In this document: positions 46,162 to 54,825 of the stretch, in pieces | Position numbering within the stretch: the first letter of the stretch is position 1 | Layout: every line of letters starts with the position of its first letter | Source of the DNA: Chloroflexota bacterium | GTDB lineage: Bacteria > Chloroflexota > Limnocylindria > P2-11E > CF-107 | NCBI GenBank assembly: GCA_005881435.1 | Contig: VBHP01000031.1 | Location: forward strand, 15,242-79,241 | Direction of reading: 5' to 3' | DNA length: 64,000 nt | Translations under genes and position numbers: made by a program | Notes under the pieces: generated by a model | What the model was told of the DNA's origin: nothing | The model's database searches: none | Seen by the model: the letters and a program-made list of their open reading frames with translations, nothing else

Positions 46162-47222
46162 CGAGTCGAAGCGACAGCGTCAGACGGAAGGTCGCGCTGC
46201 TGCGCGAGGTGCTCGAGCGGCGCGGGTTCGCCTCGGCCGCGCTGACGACGCGACGGAACTTCGCCTGGCTGACCGACGGCGGCGACGCGCACGTCGCCGG
46301 TGCGACGGATGAAAGCGTCGCCGCGATCGTGGTGACCGCGCGGGAAGTCCATGTCGTCACGACCGTGATCGAGGCCGGCCGACTCGCGGACGAGGAGCTC
46401 GCGGACACGGACCTAGCAGTCGAGTCCGTGCCGTGGCCGGATGGTCTGCAGACGCACCTGCGCGACCTGTCGGCGCCGGTGGCGCACGATGCCGACATCG
46501 AGGCCGAGCTACGGCACGTTCGCGCGCGCCTTACCGCCGAAGAGGAGGAGCGTCTGGTCTGGCTCGGAGCTCGCGCCGCGCGCGCCGTTACGGATGCCTT
46601 CCTGGCGACGCGTCCGGGCGATCTCGAGACCGTCGTTGCCGAACGCATGGCGCTGCGGCTCGCGGACGACGGCGTGAACGCGCCGGTGCTGCTGGTGGCG
46701 AGCGACGAGCGGATTGCGCGATACCGCCATCCATTGCCGAAGCCGAAGCGTGTCGAGCGCACGCTGCTGCTGGTCCTCTGCGCCGAGTGGCGCGGTCTGT
46801 ACGCGGCGCTCACGCGTCAGGGTGCGCTCCGCGGGAGCTTCGACGCGGACACGCGACGGCGCTTCGCGGCAGCGCGGCAGATCGAGGTCGCGTTCAACGA
46901 CGCGACCATTCCCGGGCGGACGCTGGGCGAGGTGTTCGCGATCGGCATCGAGGCCTATCGCACTGCTGGGTACGCGGATGAATGGCGGCTGCATCATCAG
47001 GGCGGCACGATCGCCTACCGCGGGCGAGAGATCCTGGGCACACCAGATGAGCGCGAGGGCGTCGATCCCGGGATGGCGTTCGCGTGGAACCCGTCGTTGA
47101 CCGGCGCCAAGGTGGAAGACACGCTGCTGTTGCGACGCGACGGCCCTCGCGCGTTCGTCACGCGCGACGAATCATGGCCGCTCGATGCGAGCGGCGGCCC
47201 GGCGCTGTGGGACGATCGGTAG
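46158..47222 (+). CDS. M24-family metallopeptidase (creatinase/Xaa-Pro aminopeptidase-like)
   Basis: Creatinase_N-like N-terminus and a pita-bread domain with HHQGGTIAY...E; no ATG/GTG near the expected N-terminus, so the start is uncertain (CTG 46158 or GTG 46209). Confidence 0.55.
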   Translation: MTSRSDSVRRKVALLREVLERRGFASAALTTRRNFAWLTDGGDAHVAGATDESVAAIVVTAREVHVVTTVIEAGRLADEELADTDLAVESVPWPDGLQTHLRDLSAPVAHDADIEAELRHVRARLTAEEEERLVWLGARAARAVTDAFLATRPGDLETVVAERMALRLADDGVNAPVLLVASDERIARYRHPLPKPKRVERTLLLVLCAEWRGLYAALTRQGALRGSFDADTRRRFAAARQIEVAFNDATIPGRTLGEVFAIGIEAYRTAGYADEWRLHHQGGTIAYRGREILGTPDEREGVDPGMAFAWNPSLTGAKVEDTLLLRRDGPRAFVTRDESWPLDASGGPALWDDR

Positions 47223-47226
47223 TGAG

Positions 47227-47493
47227 CTAGCGCCGGCCGTAGACGGAGCCCGAGCCGGCCCGGCCGATCGCGTACGAACCAACGCGGACTTTTTCAGCGA
47301 GCTCCGCGGTGAGCGGCAGCTTGACGGTCTCGGTGCGGCAGCGGATCACGAGCTTCTGACCGGAGTTGAAGAAGCCCGACTTCTCCACGCGCACTTCGAG
47401 GACATCGCTCCACGGAATTCGCTTGACGCCGGACACGTCGCGGATCCAGATGGCTTCGTCGGCCACCAAGACCTTCTTCGAAAACATCGCCAT
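47227..47493 (-). CDS. Small hypothetical protein (possibly a bacterial PH-like domain)
   Basis: AGGGAGG Shine-Dalgarno immediately before ATG 47493; 88 aa. Confidence 0.4.
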   Translation of the reverse strand: MAMFSKKVLVADEAIWIRDVSGVKRIPWSDVLEVRVEKSGFFNSGQKLVIRCRTETVKLPLTAELAEKVRVGSYAIGRAGSGSVYGRR

Positions 47494-47599
47494 CCTCCCT
47501 GCCCCCTGACTTTCCCTACGCCCTGCTGCATATGCAACGCGGCGCGACAACCGCGGTAAATGGGTCGAAAGTCACCCGGTACCCATTACCATCCCGCAC

Positions 47600-48277
47600 G
47601 TGGCCGTAATCCCACGGAACCTGGTCCGGCGCGCGGAGCAATTGCGTATCTTCGGGGAGGATCGCCTCGTCGCGGTCATCCGCACGGCCATAACGGAGGA
47701 TGCGCTGGTCACGGCCCGCGCCGTCGCTTCGGCCGGCGTGCGGCTGATCGAGATCACCATGACGATCCCGGATGCCGACGAGGCCATCGCCGCGCTGAGC
47801 GAGGAGCTGCCGGATCGGGTCATCGGCGCCGGCACGGTGCTGTCACGCGCGCAGGCCGAGGCCGCGATGCTCGCTGGCGCGCGGTTCCTGGTGAGCCCCT
47901 GCATGTTGCCCGAGCTCGTCGAGGTCGCCCGCGCGCACGATGGGATGAGCATGCTCGGCACGCTGACTCCCACCGAGATCGTGCAGGCTGCGCGTGCGGG
48001 CTCGGACTTTATCAAGATCTTTCCGGTGCAGCCCGTCGGCGGTCCGGCGTACGTCCGCGGCATCACGCGTGCGTTGCGAGACCTGCCGCTCGTCGCCACC
48101 GGCAACATCGAGCTCAGCGAGATCCGCGCGTACTTCGACGCCGGCTGCGTCGGTTTCGGGATTAGCACGCCGATGACGCGGCCCGACCTCATCGCCACCG
48201 GCGACGTCGACGGTGTGACGCGTGTCGCGAGCGCGTTCTTGAGCGCCACGCGACGCGCTGGCGCCGCCGGCAACTAG
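47600..48277 (+). CDS. eda: KDPG / KHG aldolase (Eda family)
   Basis: TIM-barrel aldolase motifs VIRT..., GAGTVL, FKIFP. Confidence 0.8.
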   Translation: MAVIPRNLVRRAEQLRIFGEDRLVAVIRTAITEDALVTARAVASAGVRLIEITMTIPDADEAIAALSEELPDRVIGAGTVLSRAQAEAAMLAGARFLVSPCMLPELVEVARAHDGMSMLGTLTPTEIVQAARAGSDFIKIFPVQPVGGPAYVRGITRALRDLPLVATGNIELSEIRAYFDAGCVGFGISTPMTRPDLIATGDVDGVTRVASAFLSATRRAGAAGN

Positions 48278-48345
48278 GCCGACGGTCTCATCGCGTTCTT
48301 AGCTTTCGCATAGCGTTCGGCACGGCGCGGCCGATATGCTCGGGT

Positions 48346-49359
48346 GTGATGCGTGTCGTGCGACAGCCGCTCGCGCTCGCGGGGGCGGCCATCGTCGTGG
48401 CCGTCGCGCTCGTGGTCGTGGTCGCGAAAGGGTTGAGCACTGGGTCGCCGGGCCCGAGCCCCACACCGGTCACGTCAAAGGCACCGCCGAACTACAACTT
48501 CATCCTGGCCACGCCCGCGGGCATGCTCGCGCTCGACTCGAAGGGCGCGGTGATCGGCCAGGTGACGACGCTGCCGAAGGACTCGGCGCCGTCCTATCCG
48601 TCGTTGATGCCGGATCGGAAGACGCTCGTATTCGGCATCACCCTCAGCGACGCCAGCAACTTCGGCTCGGATGTGTGGTCGGTCAGCATCGATGGCACGA
48701 ATCTGAAAACGTTGATCCAGCACGATCGCGAGAACGTCTTCTACGACACGCCGCTGATCGATCCCACCGGAAAGGTGATGTACGTGCACCGGCGCGCGGC
48801 CATCGTCCAGAACAACACCTACGTCGGCAACGACGACTCGCTCGAGCGTGTCGACCTCGCGACCGGAAAGATGACACGGGTGGTGAGCGACGCCGCGGAT
48901 CCGACCCTGTCTCCGGACGGCAAGCTCCTGGTCTACGTGCGCTACGACAACGGGGCCCCCAAGGGACTGTGGCGGGTCGCGACGGACGGGACTGACAACC
49001 GGCTGTTCTTTTCCATTCCCGATTCGTGGTGGTGGATGCAGTCTCCGCGGTTCGCGCCCGACGGCAACACGATCGCCTTCTCCGCCGCGGGACACAATGC
49101 GCAATCGCTGGCGCCCGGAGTGAAGCTCGCGCACCTCGGCATCCCGAGCGAGCTATTCATTGCGCCCCTGGACGGGAAGAGCGTGAAGTCGATCATTCAG
49201 ACCAACGACGACACGAACCCGGCCTGGTCACCGGACGGCACGAAGATCATCTTCATCTCCGGCGGCGCGCTCTCGATCCTGACCGTCGCCGACGGCAAAG
49301 TGCAGCAGCTGCAACGCGGCGACAACTTCTTCTTCGGCGACCTGGTGTGGCTGCGATAG
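48346..49359 (+). CDS. Secreted TolB-like beta-propeller protein (PD40/WD40-like repeats)
   Basis: N-terminal signal anchor; repeats LSPDGKLLVY, FAPDGNTIAF, WSPDGTKIIF. Confidence 0.7.
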   Translation: MMRVVRQPLALAGAAIVVAVALVVVVAKGLSTGSPGPSPTPVTSKAPPNYNFILATPAGMLALDSKGAVIGQVTTLPKDSAPSYPSLMPDRKTLVFGITLSDASNFGSDVWSVSIDGTNLKTLIQHDRENVFYDTPLIDPTGKVMYVHRRAAIVQNNTYVGNDDSLERVDLATGKMTRVVSDAADPTLSPDGKLLVYVRYDNGAPKGLWRVATDGTDNRLFFSIPDSWWWMQSPRFAPDGNTIAFSAAGHNAQSLAPGVKLAHLGIPSELFIAPLDGKSVKSIIQTNDDTNPAWSPDGTKIIFISGGALSILTVADGKVQQLQRGDNFFFGDLVWLR

Positions 49360-49363
49360 GACG

Positions 49364-50155
49364 CTAGCCGCCGCCCCGCTCGCCCTCGAGCTTCGCGGTG
49401 CGCTCGGCGCGGCGGATGCGCGTAAAGAGGGCGGTAATGAAGACGCCGAAGATCAGGCCGAACCCGAGCCAGCCGAGCAACGTGATCGTGCCCGACGGCG
49501 CCTCGATCGGCGGGTCGCTGACCGCGATCGTCGGGGCGGCCGTGCGCGTGACCGCGGTCGCCGACGGTGCTGGCCCGGATGGTTTCGGTGTGGTCGCGTT
49601 CGTCGGTGCGGGCGATACGACGCCGCCCGCCGCTACCGGGGCGCAGACGCGCGAGCCGTCGACGCCAGGCGCGCTGCCACAAACCGACTGCAGCGCTGAC
49701 AACCACGCGCTGCCGTCGTTGGCCGTGCGCGAGAGCGACACCAGGACGAAGGGATAGCGAGCGCCGGCAGGAGCGCCACAGGTGCCGTCCTGCCAACCGA
49801 GATTCAAGTTAACGGTACCGGCGCTCACGCTCGACGACCCCACCGACGTGATGCAGCGATTGCCGACGTCCGCACCGCGCGCATAGAGGGCCAGGATGTC
49901 GTGTCCGAAGTTCGAGAACAGGGCGCTCGACGGCGGGAAGATGTCGGCGTCGCCGAGTCCCTTGTGGAAGGCGTCGTACTCAGCGGCACTGTTGAACAGA
50001 CGCAGCGACGGCGCCGTGCCGAGATCGGGCAGGTGCCCGCGCAGCTGGACCTGGGTCGAAACGGCCGTGGCTGCCGCCTGCGGCGCGGCCGTGGCATCGC
50101 CCATCGCGGCGAGCGTGAGGGCGAGCACCGCCGCGGCGACGTACGGTCGCTTCAC
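49364..50155 (-). CDS. Secreted Cys-containing domain protein with Pro/Thr/Ser linker and C-terminal TM anchor (paralog A)
   Basis: Signal peptide, conserved block QLRGHLPDLG...CGAPA..YPFVL.SLSRTA.DGS.WL...APGVDGSR.CAP, C-terminal TM plus basic tail. Confidence 0.5.
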   Translation of the reverse strand: MKRPYVAAAVLALTLAAMGDATAAPQAAATAVSTQVQLRGHLPDLGTAPSLRLFNSAAEYDAFHKGLGDADIFPPSSALFSNFGHDILALYARGADVGNRCITSVGSSSVSAGTVNLNLGWQDGTCGAPAGARYPFVLVSLSRTANDGSAWLSALQSVCGSAPGVDGSRVCAPVAAGGVVSPAPTNATTPKPSGPAPSATAVTRTAAPTIAVSDPPIEAPSGTITLLGWLGFGLIFGVFITALFTRIRRAERTAKLEGERGGG

Positions 50156-50218
50156 TTCAGCGGGAACGGTCCCACCACGGGACCGTGACGTGCTCGCCTC
50201 TTCGGGGGAACCCGGGCG

Positions 50219-51121
50219 CTAGAGACGATAGACGCGTGGCCGCATCACCAGCGCGGTCACGAACACACCGACGATGAGACCGACGGCCAGCCATCCCGCG
50301 ACGTCGAGCAGTCCCGAGCCGCCTCCGCTCGACGTGCCGGCGACGACGGCGGTGCCGGTCGGAGAGGGCGAGCTCGTACGCGCGCTGGTCGGCACGGCCG
50401 ATGCCGTCCGCGTCGGCGCGGGCGTCGCCGTTTGCGCCGCCGAAGAAGTTGCCGTCGGGAACGGCGTCGGCGACGAGGTTGGGAGCGGTGTGGCGCTGGG
50501 CGCCGGCGTCGGCGTCGCCGATGGTGCCGGGGAGGCCGAGCCGCCCGACGCCGGCGCGCAGGCGCGCGAACCGTCGACGCCCGGCGCCGCGGCGCAGACC
50601 TGTCGACCGGCGAGCCAACTGCTGCCGTCGTCGGCCGTGCGCGACAGCGAGGTGAGCACGAATGGGTAGTGCGCGCTCGCCGGTGCGCCGCAGCTCGATG
50701 CATCCCAGGAGAGGTCGAGGATCACGGTCGTGCCGACAAGACCCGAGACCGGACCGGCGCGGAGACAGCGTCCACCGGTGTCATCGCCACGCGTGTACAC
50801 CGCGAGGATCTCTTTGTCGAAGGTCATGAACAGCGAATCGGAATCCGGAAACACATCGGCGATGTCCTGCTGCACGCGGAAGGAGTCGTACGACGCGGCG
50901 GTCGTGAAGACCCACATCGCGGGCGCCTCCCCCAAGTCGGGGAGATGACCGCGCAGCTGCAGCTTCGTCGCGACCGAGGTCGGAGCGGCGAGGACCGTTC
51001 CGGCCGCGAGCGCGAGCATCGCGACGACGAGCGGGGCCAGCGCGAGGAGCCGCCTCACGCTAGCCGAACGAGCGAGCGGGGACGGCGTGACGTCACGACA
51101 CACGCCTGACCTGGCAGCCAT
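50219..51121 (-). CDS. Paralog B of the preceding secreted/anchored protein
   Basis: About 55% identity by eye to paralog A across the globular domain; longer PT/S-rich linker; start at ATG 51121, with GTG 51058 an alternative. Confidence 0.5.
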   Translation of the reverse strand: MAARSGVCRDVTPSPLARSASVRRLLALAPLVVAMLALAAGTVLAAPTSVATKLQLRGHLPDLGEAPAMWVFTTAASYDSFRVQQDIADVFPDSDSLFMTFDKEILAVYTRGDDTGGRCLRAGPVSGLVGTTVILDLSWDASSCGAPASAHYPFVLTSLSRTADDGSSWLAGRQVCAAAPGVDGSRACAPASGGSASPAPSATPTPAPSATPLPTSSPTPFPTATSSAAQTATPAPTRTASAVPTSARTSSPSPTGTAVVAGTSSGGGSGLLDVAGWLAVGLIVGVFVTALVMRPRVYRL

Positions 51122-51161
51122 CTGGCAGTACCGACCGCAACGACGCGACGAGGAGTACGAG

Positions 51162-52061
51162 ATGGCGAAGCAGGTTGGCGGCAACGGCAGCGTGGCGCAG
51201 GATCCGCGCGAGGCCGGACCGAAGCCGCCGTTCCCGAAGCAATCGCAGGAGACGCCCGGCACGGAACAGGCGATGCGGCCGAAGCCCGATCACGGCGAGG
51301 ACAGCTATCGCGGCAACGGCAAGCTGACCGGCCGCGCGGCGCTCATCACCGGTGCCGACAGCGGGATCGGGCGCGCCGTCGCGCTGGCCTTCGCGCGCGA
51401 AGGCGCGGACATCGTGCTGTCGTACCTGCCCGCGGAAGAAGATGACGCTCGCGAATCCGCGTCGTGGATCGAGAAGGCGGGTCGGCGCGCGATACGCGCG
51501 CCAGGCGACATCCAGGATCAACGGCACTGCCGCGAGCTCGTGGAACGGACCGTCGCCGAGCTTGGTCGCATCGACATTCTGGTGAACAACGCCGCATACC
51601 AGAAGGCGCACGACGACTTCACCACGATCCCTGCGGAAGACATCGAGCGAACCTTCCGCACCAACATCATCGCCATGTTCTTCCTGGCGCAGGCCGCGGT
51701 CCCGCGGATGAAGGCCGGCAGCTCGATCATCAACACCGCGTCGATCCAGGCCCGCAAGCCGACGCCTCCGATCCTGGCCTACGCCACGACGAAGGGCGCG
51801 ATCGTGACCTTCACCATGGGCCTGGCGGAAACGCTCATCGAGCGCGGCATCCGCGTGAACGCCGTCGCGCCCGGACCGGTCTGGACACCGCTGATCCCGC
51901 AGACGCCGATGGACACCGAGGACTTTGGCGAGTCATCGCCGATCAAGCGACCGGCACAGCCCGCCGAGCTGGCGCCGGTGTACGTATTCCTGGCCTCCGA
52001 CGACGCGCGTTATGTGAACGGCGGCGTCTATCCGGTCACGGGCGGAATGCCGATGGAGTAG
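51162..52061 (+). CDS. SDR-family oxidoreductase (YghA / general-stress-protein-39-like)
   Basis: TGADSGIGRA cofactor motif and YxxxK; GAGGAG Shine-Dalgarno before ATG 51162. Confidence 0.85.
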   Translation: MAKQVGGNGSVAQDPREAGPKPPFPKQSQETPGTEQAMRPKPDHGEDSYRGNGKLTGRAALITGADSGIGRAVALAFAREGADIVLSYLPAEEDDARESASWIEKAGRRAIRAPGDIQDQRHCRELVERTVAELGRIDILVNNAAYQKAHDDFTTIPAEDIERTFRTNIIAMFFLAQAAVPRMKAGSSIINTASIQARKPTPPILAYATTKGAIVTFTMGLAETLIERGIRVNAVAPGPVWTPLIPQTPMDTEDFGESSPIKRPAQPAELAPVYVFLASDDARYVNGGVYPVTGGMPME

Positions 52062-52671
52062 CGCGCCGTTTCGCTCCGGCGCGTGGCGGTCCCGCGACCA
52101 CGACGTACGCGGCATGCGCGATGACCGTGGGCCACAGCGATTGTGAGAGGCCGGCGACCATGCCGGCGGCGACGTTCGTGCCGAACACGACGGCGAGCGA
52201 GCGCGGATCCCGATCGCGATAGGTGACCGCGCGCCAGACCACGTAGGCGATGGCTGAGCCGACGCTCGCGAGCAGCGTGATGAGCGGCGTGCCGGCGGCG
52301 ACGAGCACGAAGGCGCCGCGGAAGATGAGCTCTTCGACGACGGACACGATGAAGGCGAGGTAGGTGGCCTGCACGAGCATCGCGGGATCGCTCGCGGCCA
52401 GCGTCGCGAGGTCGCGCCGTCGGACGATCGCAATGAGCGCTGTCAACGCGACGCCGATCAGCACGCCTGTCGCAGCAGTCGCGGTGAGCCATCGCAGCGG
52501 ATCGATGCCGGCGAAAGCGAAGTACACGGCCGCGAGCGCTCCTCGTGCGAGGTACGCGAACATCGGATGGCGGACCGGCGACAGCGCCGGCGATCGACGA
52601 AGGCGTTCGAACAGCAAGAGAACGACGAAGAGAACGACGGCGGCGAGGTGCTGGGCGGCGAGGCCGCTCAC
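52036..52671 (-). CDS. CPBP-family (CAAX) intramembrane metalloprotease
   Basis: EELIFRG motif and a second His motif; GTG start overlapping the pyrD stop (GTGA). Confidence 0.65.
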   Translation of the reverse strand: MSGLAAQHLAAVVLFVVLLLFERLRRSPALSPVRHPMFAYLARGALAAVYFAFAGIDPLRWLTATAATGVLIGVALTALIAIVRRRDLATLAASDPAMLVQATYLAFIVSVVEELIFRGAFVLVAAGTPLITLLASVGSAIAYVVWRAVTYRDRDPRSLAVVFGTNVAAGMVAGLSQSLWPTVIAHAAYVVVAGPPRAGAKRRATPSAFRP

Positions 52672-53954
52672 TCGGCGCGATATTCCGTGTCGGGCTCGGA
52701 GCTCGGTTTCGGCGGCAGCGCGACGCCGATGACCTCGCGGATCGATGCCAGCCGCGCGTCGCGGACATGCGCCGCCAGACCCTCGAGACAGCGCACCGGC
52801 GCCAGCGGATCGGCGAACGTGGCAGTGCCGATCTGCACCGCGGAGGCGCCGGCCATCAAGAACTCGAGCGCATCCTCGGTCGACGTCACGCCACCGGCCC
52901 CGATGATCGGGATCGAAACGCGCTGCGCCACCTGATACGTCAGGTGGACGGCGATGGGTCGGACTGCCGGACCGGAGAGACCGCCGGACCGCGTCCCGAG
53001 GATCGGCCTGCGCCTCCGCACATCGATGCGCATGCCGAGCATGGTGTTGATGCAGGTCAGCGCGTCGGCGCCGGCGCTCTCGATGGCCATTGCCACCGCG
53101 ACGACGTCGGGCGCGTTCGGCGTCAGCTTCACGATCACTGGCAGATCCGTCTCGGCTTTGACCGCCTCGGTGACCTGCGCCGCGAGCAACGGATCTGTCC
53201 CGAAGAGCATGCCGCCGTCGACATTGGGACACGAGATGTTTAGCTCGAAGGCGGCCACGCCCGGGACGTCCGCGAGCGTGCGGACCACGAAGACGTAGTC
53301 CTCGATGCTGTAGCCGGCGACGTTGACGATGACCGGCGCGCCGATGTCCCGCCACTGCTTCGCGTACGAGCGCGCGACGCCTTCCGCGCCGGGATTCTCC
53401 AGACCGATCGAGTTCAGGATGCCCGACGGTGTTTCGGCGATGCGGTACTGCGGATTGCCGGGCCGCTTCTTCGGCGTCGTCCCCTTGGTGACGATGGCGC
53501 CGAGCAGCGCCGGATCGAACAGCTCGGCGTAGTCCAACCCCCAGCCGAAGCAGCCGCTCGCGGGCATGACCGGATTGCGCAGCTCCAGCGATCCGATGCG
53601 CACGCGGAGATCGACGTCGTCGATCGCGAGCGACCCGATCGGATAGCGCGAGGTTGGGCGTGCTGCGATCTCCGGCCGCGGCGCTCGGGCGCGCCGCGCC
53701 TTCGGCGTCGCCGTCGTCTCGCTCGGCAGATCGACGCCTTTGAGCGCCTGCGCCAACGGCAGCGCCAGCGACGACTCGGCAGTACCGGTGGGCTCGCCGA
53801 GCGCGACCTCGTCCAGCGAGGCGCCCTCGAGCGCCGCGAGCTCGACCGCGTCACTCGCCTCGTCGTCCTCGGCTGCCTCCTCGATGCGCTCCTCGGGCGA
53901 ACTACGCACCAGCCCGCCGCGCTCCACGCGCTTACGCGGACGGCGCCACGGCAT
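52668..53954 (-). CDS. pyrD: Dihydroorotate dehydrogenase catalytic subunit (class 1B) with an acidic N-terminal extension of about 120 aa
   Basis: Core LELRNPVMPASGCFGWG...; ATG overlaps the pyrK stop; the extension is unusual and the true start may lie downstream. Confidence 0.75.
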   Translation of the reverse strand: MPWRRPRKRVERGGLVRSSPEERIEEAAEDDEASDAVELAALEGASLDEVALGEPTGTAESSLALPLAQALKGVDLPSETTATPKARRARAPRPEIAARPTSRYPIGSLAIDDVDLRVRIGSLELRNPVMPASGCFGWGLDYAELFDPALLGAIVTKGTTPKKRPGNPQYRIAETPSGILNSIGLENPGAEGVARSYAKQWRDIGAPVIVNVAGYSIEDYVFVVRTLADVPGVAAFELNISCPNVDGGMLFGTDPLLAAQVTEAVKAETDLPVIVKLTPNAPDVVAVAMAIESAGADALTCINTMLGMRIDVRRRRPILGTRSGGLSGPAVRPIAVHLTYQVAQRVSIPIIGAGGVTSTEDALEFLMAGASAVQIGTATFADPLAPVRCLEGLAAHVRDARLASIREVIGVALPPKPSSEPDTEYRAE

Positions 53955-54784
53955 CAGCGGTCCAGTCCGACCGTCGCCGGCTCGCCGCGCTCGAACCGCA
54001 CGTCGCCGAGCCCGAAGACCGGTCCTTCGCGGCAGACGCGCTCGTTGCCGCGCTCGGTGACGATGACGCACGCTCGGCACACGCCCATGGCGCAGCCCAT
54101 GTGCTGCTCCACCGCGATCTGGGCGTCGAGCAGCGCGTTGCGGCCGACGCGCGTCGCGGGCCCACGGCGCAGGTCTTCGCGCAGACGCGACAGCGCCGCC
54201 AGCATCGGCCACGGCCCGCAGGCGATGATCTGATCGGCCCACGGCATCAGCTCCGCGAGGACGTCGGTCACGCGCCCGCGCGTTCCGAACGAGCCGTCCT
54301 CCGTCGTGGTGACGTACTCGACGGCGGCGGGGAGTCGGTCCGAGGGCCAGAGGTGCCGGATGGTGCGACCGCCCATCAGTAGGGTCACGCTCCGACGGTC
54401 GCCCTCCTGCTCGGCGAGAACGCGCATCGGCGCGATGCCGGTGCCGCCGGCGACGAGCAGCAGGTTACGCGTGTCGCGCTGCACCACGAAAGACGTGCCC
54501 AGCGGTCCGAGCAGGTCGAGGGCGTCACCGGGCCGGCGCGTGGCGATCCACTCGCCCCCGCTGCCGAGTGCCTTCACGATCAGCTCGATCTCGCCGCCGT
54601 CGCGGTCGATGCGGCAGAACGAATAGGGTCGTCGGAGCAGCGGATCCCATCCCGTTCCCGGCCGCACGTGCGCGAACTGGCCCGGCCGGGCGCGCGAGGC
54701 GATGTCCGGCGCGCGGATCGCAAGGAGCGTTCCGAGCTCACCAATGTCGCTCGCCTGCACGACGCGACCGGTCTCGAGGACCAT
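53954..54784 (-). CDS. pyrK: Dihydroorotate dehydrogenase electron-transfer subunit
   Basis: FAD/NAD-binding RPYS, GGTGIAP, C-terminal 2Fe-2S Cys cluster CAMGVCRAC. Confidence 0.8.
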   Translation of the reverse strand: MVLETGRVVQASDIGELGTLLAIRAPDIASRARPGQFAHVRPGTGWDPLLRRPYSFCRIDRDGGEIELIVKALGSGGEWIATRRPGDALDLLGPLGTSFVVQRDTRNLLLVAGGTGIAPMRVLAEQEGDRRSVTLLMGGRTIRHLWPSDRLPAAVEYVTTTEDGSFGTRGRVTDVLAELMPWADQIIACGPWPMLAALSRLREDLRRGPATRVGRNALLDAQIAVEQHMGCAMGVCRACVIVTERGNERVCREGPVFGLGDVRFERGEPATVGLDR

Positions 54785-54825
54785 GACGTCGAGTTTGGCA
54801 GACGGAGCCAGGGAAGTGGCGAGAC

